From Bipalium vagum (Eukaryota), in assembly GCA_037834085.1 (NCBI GenBank), contig JBBMKC010010713.1:1-40958 (forward strand): a stretch of DNA of 40,958 nt. Direction: 5' to 3'. Positions 1 to 13,700 of the stretch are shown one piece after another. Made by a program: the position numbers and the translations under genes. Below the pieces are notes generated by a model. That model was given only the letters and a program-made list of their open reading frames with translations. It was not told the origin of the DNA and did no database searches. Position 1 is the stretch's first letter; each line of letters starts with the position of its first letter.

Positions 1-797
1 GTTTCTTATTTTTAATTTAATTTTTAAAATTTTTTAATTGTAAGGAAATTTTTTAAGAAATGAAAATAAAAATCATTCTTATAGACATGCTTTGTTCTAA
101 ACTTTGTTATGGCTAATAATAATTCAACTGTAATAGTCTAGAATAAAAAACGGACAGCATGTAGAGATGTTCAGATCAGAATCCGTCTTACATAAATTAT
201 TATTATTAAAACCTTTTAATATTATAATGAGTACTATAGTTCAAGTTTATAAACGATCAAAATTAGCTTATTTTTAGATCGTGGAAGTTAGTTTTCATGA
301 TCCAGATATAGAGAATGCACAAAGTTCAAATTAATATATTGTGATTGCATAAAATTATAAAATATTAACTAAGTCAAAATGATTATAAAAAATAATATAT
401 TTGATAAGCAATGTTTTCCACAACCCAGAGAAACTTATGAGAATTACTTTATTTAATTAATAAAATTACTTTACTCCATTAACAATACAACAATATTATT
501 ATTTAATTTCTTCTGATTTGATTGGCGGAAATTAATTTTTATTAAATAATCATGTTAAATAACGGAAATAAAATCAAAGCCTTGTTAAATTTTCTTTCAT
601 AAATTAATCAGACAAATGTTTATCACATAAACAATTATTTGGAACAATGAATGCTGAATTTCTGAATGAAAGTAAAGTAAAGGGTAATCAAGAAACCCAG
701 ATTCTAACAGCAATAATACAATTCTTACTTTAACAAACGTTTTCTTAAAATTTGAAGATCAATAAAATACTAATTAATAGAAAGATACAAATAATTT

Positions 798-986
798 TCA
801 CGAATTTTCATCGACCGCTAAAACTTTGAACTGTTGAAATTTCTTTTGAAGTTCATTTTGGTTATTTCTCTCGATCTCTATCGTCGGCACCGATTGACTC
901 CTGAGTTTGATAAAGGTCATGGTCGAAGGACAGCTGTCGTTGGTGTCATTTGTTTTTTGAGAAGATGGAGATATAGGCTTGTTCTC
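798..986 (-). CDS. Shootin-like terminal exon 13 (ENKPISPSSQ...NELQKKFQQFKVLAVDENS*)
   Basis: ATTAG acceptor, 63 codons ending in TGA at 800-798. Confidence 0.8.
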   Translation of the reverse strand, partial: ENKPISPSSQKTNDTNDSCPSTMTFIKLRSQSVPTIEIERNNQNELQKKFQQFKVLAVDENS

Positions 987-3900
987 CTAATTAAGATCCT
1001 CTTAGCAAATGAAATTAAACTACCAATCTCTTACATTCTTCAATCTTGATTTAACTTTTTCTAATAGTTTGCGTTCTAATTCATTCATAAGATCAGACAG
1101 TACTTGATCTGAAATATCAAATAGTTACAAAAAGTAAACAAATTAATATTATTAGGGGGTTTCAGAAAATTATCTTTTTTCGTCAACTTTAAAACTTATT
1201 AAAAAGGAACACTTTAGTCAAACATTTATCTAATAATCATTGGACAATTGGAAATCCAAATAGAAAAAAACGTATTTGACTACCGAATTGTGAAGCCTAT
1301 GGAATTGACACTGTCAGAAGTATCACATGTCTGAATTAGTTTAGAAAATTTCACACGGTGATATCAATTTGGTAAACAAGAGATTTCGATAAACAAAGAA
1401 ACGGAAGAATTCAAGTTTTATCAAAGAAACTTTGACAGTTTTCAGATGAGGATGAGACTGAAATGGCAAAAGTTCTATGAGTAAATAAGTCAAATATTTC
1501 TAGAGATTCGAAACTATTGCTAAAACCAGAAAAGTTGGTAAATGGATTACACATTAATTAACCGACACAATAAAGCAAAGTATTTATTTATTGTTACCTC
1601 CCTAATTAAGCTATGCAAACAAGAGTAATGAGAAAGAAAACGTCAAATTATTGGCAGTGAAGAAATTTGAAGATATAGATTTTAATGTATCCAGACTACT
1701 GAATTATGGATCTTTTTAGTTAAGAACTGGTAGGCAGGAAGAAGAATCGGTAGAACAGAATATTCTGGAGAAGTGGATAGCCTCAACAATACATAGGAAT
1801 GCAGAAGAAATTGAATCCAAATCAATGAAAAGTTGTTAAAATTGTGAGCAAAATTTCTTCTGTCTCGATTTTGTCATTAAAAAAAAAAGGAGAAATCAAA
1901 AGAAAATTTTGAACCAAAAAGTCTCATGTTAGAGGAGGTTCAAAATATTAATATTTTTCTTAAATACAATTTATTGCTGTTTGGATTTTATTCGTTTTGA
2001 AGTTATTATAAAACAGGAACTGCAGCAATCCCTTAATATTATGGATAGAAATTTATTTTAACTAAAATTATTAGCAGAAATAATAATAATAATAATGATA
2101 ATAATAAATAAACAAACAAAAATAAAATTAATATAAATATAAATAATATTTATAAGAAATAAATAGAAAGAAAAAGAATAAATATTTAGCCTCATACCTT
2201 CCTGCTTGTCTTTATTAGGTGATTTTGTTAAGGTAGGCTTTTCCTTTTTGTTCTTAAAAATACTCAAAAGCTTGGATTTATTTTGGGCAGGAATAGGAGG
2301 AGGAGCATTAGGTGGAGGAGGTGGTGGCGGCGGAACTCCAAAGCTAACTTTCTGATCCAAAAGAATTCGATCTAAAATTTTTTTAAAACAGCAAATCAAA
2401 CAGAAAGAAAACTTTCATTGAAAAATTTTCATTTCAGAAATTTTAGAACGTTGTTTGGATCAATATTTTGAGATTGTATTTAAAACAAAGGACAGGAACA
2501 ACATTTAAAGTTGTTCTATCGACTTTGCTATAATCAGAAAGAGGCCCATTGTATAAAAGGAATGGTAAAATAATTATTTTGAAATTTTTTCTTATTAAAG
2601 ATATAAATAATGATAAATTTTGTGAATAATATTATCGTAATGATTCCTGTTTAATGACGTGTTGCACAGTTTGATATCGATATAATTTTGAACAAAAATT
2701 CATACAAATTCATAATATTTATTTACATTATGATGAAAGAAAACTGAATTAGAATAATCTGTGAGACTAAATGTCTGCAAAAGAACTGCCAATTCCTTTT
2801 GTAACAGCTTGCAATAAGAAAATTGTGCAGTGAATTTCCGTCATGGTTATTAACATATAAAATGATAATTCGAAGATAAGTAGTTTGTAAAACAATGTTC
2901 GTAGCGTTTTGTTACTGTTAATTGAAAATTAATTGAAGATATCGGGATTCGACCGCTGAGCTACATCCCCCAACTAATTTTCAACTGATCTCACAGTTAC
3001 AAAATGATTGGAAGATAATCAAATGTCCCCTTCCTCGATATTATTGGGGATTTTAAATTTTGATTTTGTAGACCGATCCAAATGAACTGTAGTATACTTT
3101 TTGTATTGTATTTCATTTATTTTCTAAATAATTTTATTAAATGTAACTACAGTACTATTATAAATTACATAATTATCGATTTTCTGGATCACTTGTCTGA
3201 AAGGGAAATAAAGAAATTTCAGTTTAATTCCCAGCAAAGAATTTTCTGTTAATTCCTACTTTTTAGACAATGATAGGAATTAATGGAGTCATTGAAATGA
3301 CAATGCTCATTGCTTTTGAATCTTCTTTTCTCTTTGATATTGTTCTTGAATTCCATCTTTTATAGTCGAATTGTCGTTTAAAACTTTCTCATCAGAAACG
3401 GAATTTAATAAATAATTTTTTTTGGTAAAAAATATACATTCAGAATATTTCCTGATATAAATATAAATATGGAACATAAAATTTTTTGAGTAGTGAATAT
3501 GAGGAAGAAAATGCGGAGCTCACAAGCAGACTAGCTTCAGTGGGAGTATCCAGTAGCAGGTTAGACGAATTACTTCAGTTCAATAGAGGAACAAATAGTT
3601 ATATAAGACTACGAACCCGCAGTGACAAAATGCAAACAAAAGTTGGAAGAAAACTATGAAAGATAAAATATGCAACCAAGTCCAAGCCATTAAATTGTGA
3701 AAGGTGTGCCATTTTATTTATGAAAGTGATGGTTTTAAAATCGTAAGAGGTTCCTGAGAAATATATTTTAGTAGCATTAAGATAGACCGATCTCTATATT
3801 TATAATTTAACGGCGATTAAATTATTTTTCATTTTCATTCTCTCTCTGTGGATGGAAAAAAGTAAAATTTTTCAACTTGTATAATGATTTATCTCGGATG

Positions 3901-6900
3901 TAAATTATTGATACTTTAAAGTCAATAGGCTGATAAAAACCATGTAAGCATTGTTCACATTGAACTGGCAATGCCTATCACTTTACTCCAGATACAATGT
4001 GATTGTGACAGCTAAGAATGTTCACCAACTTTAATTTTCAGGTAAGCTCATCAACATATTGGTAATTGACAGAATCATTTTATTGATCTAAATTGGTTAT
4101 AAGATTATTTTTCTATACGAAGACCTAGATGACACAATTGTTTCATCTAACAAGAAAAATAAAATTAATTTTAACGGGTCAAGAAAAAGAATTGAAACAT
4201 CAACTTTAAGCCAAGCGTCACTGGAAAAAGTGTACTTTAACAAAGGTATCTATTAATATCATTAGATAATTTATAATCGATCAGGTTTTATTGGTTATTT
4301 ATTTCTGTCACCAAAAATCTGAATATTCAAAAAATTTTTCATTACAAAACCACAAGGATTCTATATTATTATTAGGTAGTAACAAAATCTTTCGGGATTT
4401 TGGTCAAATATATTTTTAATAAGAAGTATAGCACATTTTATTAACAAATAACAATGAAAAACAATCAATAATATCCATTAAATTTTTAACCTTCTCCCAT
4501 CTTTCCATCAATTTCTCGAAATCTTTACTCCAGAAATAGCTAGATCTACTCAGAAAGAAATTGGACAAAACCATTTTTAAGGTTTTCCTTCTCAAAATTA
4601 ATTGATTTAATTTTGACTACCTGGATTTTTGGATCATTTTTCAGTGTGTGAGATTCGATCAATTTCACTAAATACAGATCATGGTTTACTTGGGATACAA
4701 ATCTTGTTTAATTCTTTCTGAACCACTTTTTTATGTGATTCAGGTTTGTATACAAGCACCATTTTTCATTTTCCATGATGACTCGATGAAGAAACAATTC
4801 TTTGTGGTCGCGTATTGCCTGATGTCTGGTGGAGCTGAAGTTTACCATTGGATTGATGTTCATTCTTTGAGAGAAATCTCTGTACGTTTGACGACTGTCC
4901 GCTTTCATGAATGCTATCAATTGGTCATCATTGAAATTGTATGACGACCGGTATGTGGGGTGATTGACACAGTGTACATAATAATAATAATATAATAAGG
5001 TATTATAATTAATTTTTAAAATTTAATATTAGTTTTAATTTATTTAAATTATTATTACTATAAATATTATATAATTTTATTTTAAAATAAAAATTTTCAC
5101 GGTCTGATTACAATCTTTATAATATCAATATAGAATAACTGTTTTCCAACTATTTCTCAAAGTTAACAAAGACAATCTTCAATTAGCTTTTAAATAGTCT
5201 TAGTTTTTGTTTTTTTGAATTTTTGTATAACATTTTTAAAATTTTAGTAATGATACAATCCCGAGAAAATAACATTTTTGATTAACTTTTCAACATTCTA
5301 AAAGTGCCAAATTAAACAAAGTACATATTTTATTAAATATTTCTCAGATTATGTAAATGTCGACGAATTTTTTCTCTATAATAATTGAGTTCATTACTCA
5401 ATTCATTCAGGGTTTGAGATGGATTTTCTTCCACAACAGCCTTGATAGCATTTATATCTACAGTTGATGACCTGTCAGATTTAGGGGCATCTCGTAAATC
5501 AAAATTTCCGTCTTTGAGCCGTCTAAACCACCTCTGACATTTCCTCAGATCGAGAGCATCTGTATAAATTTTTTTTATTGACTTCATTGCTTCTGACACC
5601 TTTTCCCCATGGTTAAATTCTTACAGCATGCAATTGCGTATGTGGCCCTAACTTGCCACATTTCTACATATTTAATGTTTTTTATTAAATTTCTATAATA
5701 AAAAATTATTGATTACGTATATTTCATAAAATTGCCAAATTACCAATGATTTTAATATATTAAAACAAATCTATATTCAAATTAATATTCACTATAAAAA
5801 ACGACCTTACTTTTGAGACAACCAAATATATAAAAATTTATTATTTTTAAAGCCCTATATATAGCAGAAATTATGGTATAAAACACCTTGATCTTAATTT
5901 ATTGAAACCCGGGAAAATCACTTTGAATCAACTAAAAATTATAAGTAAAGAAAAAATATTATTAAAATAATTAGTATTAATATATAATATATTTTTATAA
6001 TCATTACAAAAAATTAGACGAATATTTTTGGATATTTATAAAAAATCAAAGAAAAGGTACTCTCATGCTTTAAGGTGTCTCTTTCTTTTGTAAGAACTGC
6101 CAATGATCCTGACAGTTCATTGAGCTCTGATTTCACTGCAGCCAATTCTATCTTCAGTTGAGTAACATCGTTCTCCTGGTACTTCATTTCCAGTTCTAGG
6201 ATCTAATTAAATGTTCACATGTTAAACGATCTTTCGGATCTAATCCAAATACCTTTTTATCTTTTACCAATATTTCAGCCTTTAATTCATCGCTGATTTT
6301 AAATAATTCCATCATTCGATCATCATCGGTGATATTATTTAACAATAACGCACTTGTTCTCTTCAGGTCTTTATTTTCAGCTTTCAACTGATACACAATA
6401 AGAAAATAAACTCAGTAAAATACAATAATGAAGAAAGAAAAAGATTAATATAATCAAAGAAAAATCAAAAACTTGAAGATAGGGACCAAAAAGACTGATT
6501 AGTTTTTCATGGTCTTCGCGAAGTTTCTGGTACGAAGTAATGAGAATTTCCATTTCTAAAGCCATGAAATAACTAAAATTTTTGTAAAAAATCATATAAA
6601 ATCACCATTGCTCAGACTTAAAGTGTGATCTTCCTTTTTACTGATATTCTCTTTTAATTCATTAACCTAAAAGCAAAACCCTAAGAATCTTACGGATAAC
6701 ATATTTAGATAATTGAGAATTTCCGTTAATAAATAAAACAAATAAATATCTTTCAAATATATTAAAAATTAAAAGTGAATAAATCTTAATTTCTCCACTA
6801 TACATAAGTAAGGCCTATGAGTATTGCAAGTAAAAATTAAAATCATTTTATTTATTATATTATAATATTAATCTTTCAAATTAATTTTTAATAAAAATTA

Positions 6901-7648
6901 ATAAATCTTAAAATAAAAATAACTTTTTTTAAAAATATTTTTTGTCGTAACCGTAGATTTTGATTAATTACAAATTTTAATGAAATTAATTAACGAATTA
7001 AAATTGATTTAATAAAGTTAAAATATTCTAAATATAAAATAATAAATAATAATAAAAATTAATAAATTTTTAAATAAAATAAGAATTAATTTTTAACAAA
7101 TATTTTTATCACTTAAGATTTTGATTAATTATCATTTATAAATTCATAAGAAAGTAACAAAAAATTAAGATTGATTTAATCAAGTTAAAATATTCTAAAT
7201 ACAAATTAATAAATAATAATAAAATTAATTAATGTTAAAATAAAATATGAATTAATTTTTAAAATATTTTTTATCGCAACCTTTTTTGATTTTGATTAAT
7301 TATAATTTATAAATTTACATGAAAGTAATAAAAAATTAAGATTGATTTAATAAAGTTTAAATATTCTAAATAATACTCCTTAAAAACAATAAAAATAATT
7401 AAAATGATATTTATGGGACCATTGGGATTAGATAAAAGTTAAGAGAAACTTTTTGTATAAACAAATAGATAAGATAAAACTTTTTACTTTATTCTCAAAG
7501 GATATGAAAAACAATTATTGGTAAATATATATATCAACAGTGTTAATCAATTGATTGTTCTGTAAATATAAAAAAAAATAATTTTTGAACATTAATTTGA
7601 AATATATATATGAAAAATATCTAAGGATTTTCCAAAATATAGAGAAAG

Positions 7649-7710
<62 letters not shown>

Positions 7711-10700
7711 GAGAAAATGGAGAGAAAGTTAATTTGATAAAATATTTTAAAAATAAAATAAAATTTTCATTACAAAAATAATTCAATTGTTTTAATTATT
7801 CTATGCATAATAACAACAAAAATATACAAAGATCCAAATATTTGAATAAAGAAAACAATTCCAAAAACTAACTTGGCTTTGCAATTTGCATATTTCATTT
7901 TTAGCTTCATTATTTTCCTGTCTCAGACTGTCGTATCGTATTTTTTCGTTTTCCATAATTTTATCATGATCTGAAAAGTTAAAAGATACTGAATGTAATG
8001 AAATATTTTCCTTAAGGTCTTCCAAAATATCCTGGACATAATTATATTAAGTCATCCGGAAAGTCCTGTGGACTTTTTAACGAATTCTTTTAAAATCAAT
8101 ACTATTGATATATTTTATTTGTTTAAATAATTTAATGAATAAAATAACAATTCAGCGGTTGAATTAAACGGAAAAACATTTTTAAATAGAAAATATTATT
8201 ATTTAGTAATATTTTGAGATTAAGAAATTGATTTTCCGAAGATCATTTTAGATATTTATTCCTATTTTATTCTAAGAAGAATAAAGGTGTTCAAATTACC
8301 ACCAATAAGAGTTGTGAAATATAGGGTCAAAGTTTAAGAATCCATGATTGTGGGGCAAATATTTTGCAGTACAGCTGAAATTTACTGATCCTGATTTATC
8401 ATTTATTCTTATCCATCCAAAATTTATTAATCCATTCATTGCAGGCCACCAAAAAGCCCTTGCATGACTTCTCCAGGCTACGTATCTCTATCAAAAATGG
8501 ATAATATTTTGTTACATAAGTTTTAAAAACTGTTGGATTTTTTTCTTATGTTTAGATGGTCAAAATACACTAGACTTCCCGGATGACCAAATATATTCTA
8601 TTATTTATTAAATGTGATTGCGTTGAATGAATTTAAATCTAAGAATGTTTAAAGAAAAATGTCTTCATCCATCTAAAAATAATTTTTTTGAATTTATTGA
8701 AAAATTGCATCAACAATAAGAAAATATTACGAAAAAATATAGATTAACGTGTATTTTATATACTTTTTACTCGATAACGATTTGAAGTGACCGTTTGTTG
8801 ATTCTTGATTGAAAGATAATTTTTAGTAAAATCATTGTGTAAAGAGCATCTGAAAGACTCAATCAGATATAGAAGAATATAATAGCATAAAATAATTCAG
8901 CTTTTATAATACGAATAAAATATAATTAGAAAGCCTTCTCTAGATTCATTGGATCAAGAGCGCGAATGAGGTCTGAGGATTTATTTTTACAAGATAAAGC
9001 TTATTACCAAACACCGAGTCTCATTTTCGAAAAAAAAATAAAATCCCAATCTTAAAAATCACAAATTTCTTCATTAGATTCAATTATAGAGCCATTCAAA
9101 TAAATCAATGATTTAAACTGGAGACTTAACACCAACAACTGCTGACACTCTTCTCTCTTTGAACTCTAAACCATTCTTTCAATTCTACCTACAATTCTCG
9201 GCAATGTTCGAATGCTCATCTTAAAAAAAGATATTTTTTATTCCATTCGAAATATTCTCATCTATTCTTTCCTTTTCTAACCATTCCTCAATCAACACTG
9301 AACTTTAGAATGGTTGTACGAATGTCAGATTCTCAGAGAATTGAAAGTCTTCATTTTCTCTAATATACCACGTGACTTTATTTTAATTTTTTTCAATAAT
9401 AATAATTAAAATTAATTATTGTAATTAAATAAAATCAATTAACAATTGATTTTAAGTAGGCCAATTTCTGTATAAAAAAAATAAAAATATCGATTTCACT
9501 CATCTCAAGTACTTAGTTTTCATGATAATTTCTGGAGTTTTGAACTGAGAATTAATTATCATAAAATATTATTATTTAACCCATGTACAATCTATATGGA
9601 TTTATTTTCAAAACGAGTGAAAACAAATCAATATAAACTATGAATAAAAACGTCAACAAATAACTTTTTTTAATGTTTTCAATCTCATAAACCGGGGTCG
9701 GTGTTTCACAGACGGACGGAGAATCGATGGCATCGATATCGATATCCATGAAGTCGGGTGGATCGGCCAGTTGTCTGAAAAATATCGAACTCTGGCGTTT
9801 CAACTCGTTGTATTTATGTTGAGTGGTGATATTTTTTCCACAATACTGAAAAAAAATTTTGTTATCTTAAAGATCCAATAGTAAAAAAAACTAAAACATA
9901 AAAAGCTAGATTGACAAGTTTCGATTTGTTTAAAGAAACACCCCAAGGCTTAAGCCAGGTATGGTGGCTTCTTTGTATAATCATATCATTATTGTTATGA
10001 ATTTTGCAACGTAAATGATTGTTTACATTCAATAATGTCAAAATTGAAGAAGAAAGACAATTTCCAAATTAAAAACCACATGACATTAGTAAATATTATG
10101 TAAGCTATTATTGGAAAATTTTATTATTTATATCATACCAGTAATGTAATAGTAAAACAAATCCAAATGTCCACCATTTGAAAGAGAATCTTTACAACAA
10201 TTATTTGATTTAATTTTTGAGACTGAAATATGAAACATCTTCACAAAAGAAAGCTCAGCATATCTCGGATAAAGACCATCAGAATAGACAAAATATTGAA
10301 CATTGATTAGAAGCACATTTTTAATAACTTATATTATCATTATCAATACTTATACGATTTTATTTTAGTTATATGTTGATAAATATAGTCATAATTTTAG
10401 TAAATATTTCAACATTTTTAAAAAAAATATCTAAAAATTAATTTTTTAAACTTGAATCTTTGCTCAAATTTAATTGATCTCTGTTCTTAGATTATAATTA
10501 CTTAATTAATAATTATTAATAGATAACTGTGAAGGTTAGTCAAAGATATTCATGCTGATATTTATATTTTTATTATTAATATTTAACATTCTCGTAATTA
10601 TTGATTTTTAAAATTGCATCTTCAATGTCTGAAGGTCAGTACACATTAAGTATCATTGAACCATTAGTGAAAATAAAATTTTGTATTTATTGTTATAAAT

Positions 10701-13700
10701 ATAATAATATAATATAATATAATAATAATTATTATTTTTTAATAGATTTATATTTGATTATTGAATATTTTTAGAAAATTAATCTTAAATTAAATAAATC
10801 AATAATGTATAGATCGAGTAAAATAAAATATTTATTGAATAAATGGAAAACATTTATGTTAAGATTAAATAATTTAAAAGAAATTAATAACGAAAAATTA
10901 AAAATATTACGAAAATAAGTTACTTAAGTGTACAATCAATAATTTATTCATTTTAAACCCATGTTTAATTTATGACATTATTTATCTGTAAAAGCAATAA
11001 AATTCATGTAAATCCAAGACTGAAACCAGTATATTAATCGTTTAATACATAAATAGTTTATAACTTACATAGGTAACAATAAATATAATATAAATATTAC
11101 CGAAAAAAAATTATAAAATCATTAAATTTAAAAAAAATCAATTTTTATGAGGTGAGACGAAATATTTGAATCATTTATAGGTACCAGACCACATATATAC
11201 CTTTACCATAACCGTGATAAAAACGTAGATGGTATAAAATAATAGTTTCTACACATTTGAAATTCTTTTTGGTTTGTATTTAGATATTGAATTTATTGAC
11301 TTGTCAAAAATTTGCTTTCATCGTTTTGGAGACTTAAAAGGTTATTGAACAATCTGTCGAACTGTCAAGATTTGATCTATTAATGATATTCTCATTATGA
11401 GAATCACATTAAACCATACTTCCTATATTACGTCGCGTAGGTAGATTTCACGACCTTTGCCGCGTAACGATGAATAAGAAATTTATCAAACTAAATATTT
11501 ATTCCAGAGCCATAAATTCCTTTTCCGGATTAACAAAGATGTCTCAACATTATCATATTTTTGATGAAAAATGCAATGTTCTTAATAGTAAAATGCTTTA
11601 GTCATGTTTTCAATTCTTTCAATGTTGAAATTTCGACGTATTTCCATTTCTTTGAGAATCACATTATAAATGATTAAAATCTTTAAATCATTTTTGTAAT
11701 CAGGGTTACGAAAAATTCTTATTTTCACATTGGTAGAATTAATCTATAAACGGAATTATCATTACAAAAATATTGTATTGCAAAAACCAACTTTAGCATG
11801 AACCTTCAACCTGAGGGATAACACCCAATATTAGACGTTAGAAAATATTGCGTAGGCTATATAAAGTAACTGGTAGACACATTGTATCAACCAGTGGAAA
11901 GTTGCTATTTGACAATTTATCTGCCACAATTTCCTAGCTGTAAGAAGCTAGTAGCGTAAACGCTCGAGCACTCACACTCAATCACATAAACCAATGATCC
12001 TTCACCAAGACAAACAACCATTAACTTAGCTGCGTTGTCCTAGTATCTATACCAAACTGTAAATAGTATTCGCTATGTGCTTATGAACAAAGTTCTGTTA
12101 TTAATAAGAATTTGAGACAATTTACAGCGGTTTAGCATTTTCATTGATCTACTCATCTTACAAAGTACAGACACAGCAATTGATTTTTTATGTTTGTCTT
12201 TGACTTTATCAGTTTTGTTATGAATGCCGAAGTGCAGGTTCAAAAAGAATTATTGGAGTTGCAAAGTGAGGAGCTTGTACATTCTTTTAACATCAAAGAC
12301 GGATAAACTAAATTTTGGAAATGAAAAGAAATGTCAACTCTATACCAAAACCCGGCAGAAAATGTGACTTTATATTAATTCTGATTTTTTCCAACTTGAT
12401 TGAACGCCGTGCCATCAGGCACGCATCAACAAGGCTTGGTTTATTAATAATAACATTAATGTCCTGGGTCCATGGACAAGAAACTCTCCAGATCTATCGT
12501 CCATTGAGAATTTGTGGAAAGTTCTAAAATAAAAAGTCTCACTGCACAATCCTACGTCTTACCTAAATTTAATTGATTGATTCTATGACGAACAGGCTGG
12601 CTGCAGTACTTGCGGCAAAATGATAAACAAACTAAATATTAGCGATATCCCATGTATAGTACACGTTATGCAAAAACTTATTGCTTGCACATGTTTTCAT
12701 AATAAATCATTTGTAACGAAATGCATTTTTAAAACCATTTCATAAAATTGAAGGGGGCCGATGAATTATGGCCACGACTAAGCACTAAGCATAAAAAATA
12801 TATATTGAAACGTTTTTTAAACAAAATATATAATTTTCTAACTTAAAATAAAACTTTAAAATTGTACGAAGTAATAGCCTAAGAGATGTACACAATTTTT
12901 ACTGGTAAACAAATTATTTAAGTGTAATATTAGTAATAGTACAACTCAGCCATTTATAGACTGCATGAAATGAGATATATAAGTTGGAACTAAAAATTCT
13001 TCCTTTTTGAAGTCATTTATGAAAATCCGATAAAACAAAAAAAACAAAATATTAATCAATATTAGTTAATTTAATGAAAATTTTCATATGGATTTTCATT
13101 TATCGTTATAATCTAGTGACATTTTACAGGATTTTTGAATCTGAGAGCTTAAATAGGAGAGTTGTGATAAAATTAAAAAAACTTTTCTGCTCATGAGATA
13201 AGATAAGTTTATGGAAGACATGATTCTTTTCACAGCTGAGTAGGAATTATTTATCAGAACATTCTTTTTTACAATCAAATTGAGAAAAAAATGGAAGAAA
13301 AGAGAATAAAAAAGTGATTTTTAGTCGACATGGCCAAAATATTTCTGAGAAAATTACATTGAAACTAAAAGTGAAAATTAGGAAAAATAAAACAAAAAAA
13401 AACAAGGTCAAAGTTTAGAGGACATTGAGAAAAACTGTCATATATTATTGAGCAGAAAGGCAAGTAGTCAAACATTTTCATAAAAAGGGTATCCAAAATC
13501 GGAGAATTCATAAATGATCCTAAAGTCTCACTACTTTGGATTTTAATACATGATTTTTTTCCAACAAAATCAAAAAAATAAATGAGCTGATCTGCCCAAA
13601 ATGATTAAAAATAAAAATAAATATTTTTAAATTCACTGCATGGCACAAGGCTCTAAATTTCAACCACATCAACTCACAAAATCAAGACCCGAACCAACTT

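Larger units (their letters stand above)
2600..3400 (-). mobile_element. Highly degenerate hAT (Charlie/ZBED-like) remnant
   Basis: YTTVHLDRSTK resembles FSIQLDESTD; EIHCTIFLLQAVTK resembles HCxxHxxxLAxK. Confidence 0.35.

Noticed and set aside
834-1049. Plus-strand 71-aa ORF
   Set aside because: Antisense shadow of the shootin-like terminal exons
7592-7786. Poly-Tyr ORF
   Set aside because: Artefact of the (AAT)n microsatellite
7971-7989. Possible 19-nt GT-AG micro-intron within exon 6
   Set aside because: Removing it would break a frame that is otherwise open and phase-consistent
11170-11540. Possible Merlin/ISXO2-like remnant (NDESKF)
   Set aside because: Motifs too degraded and out of the expected order to support a call
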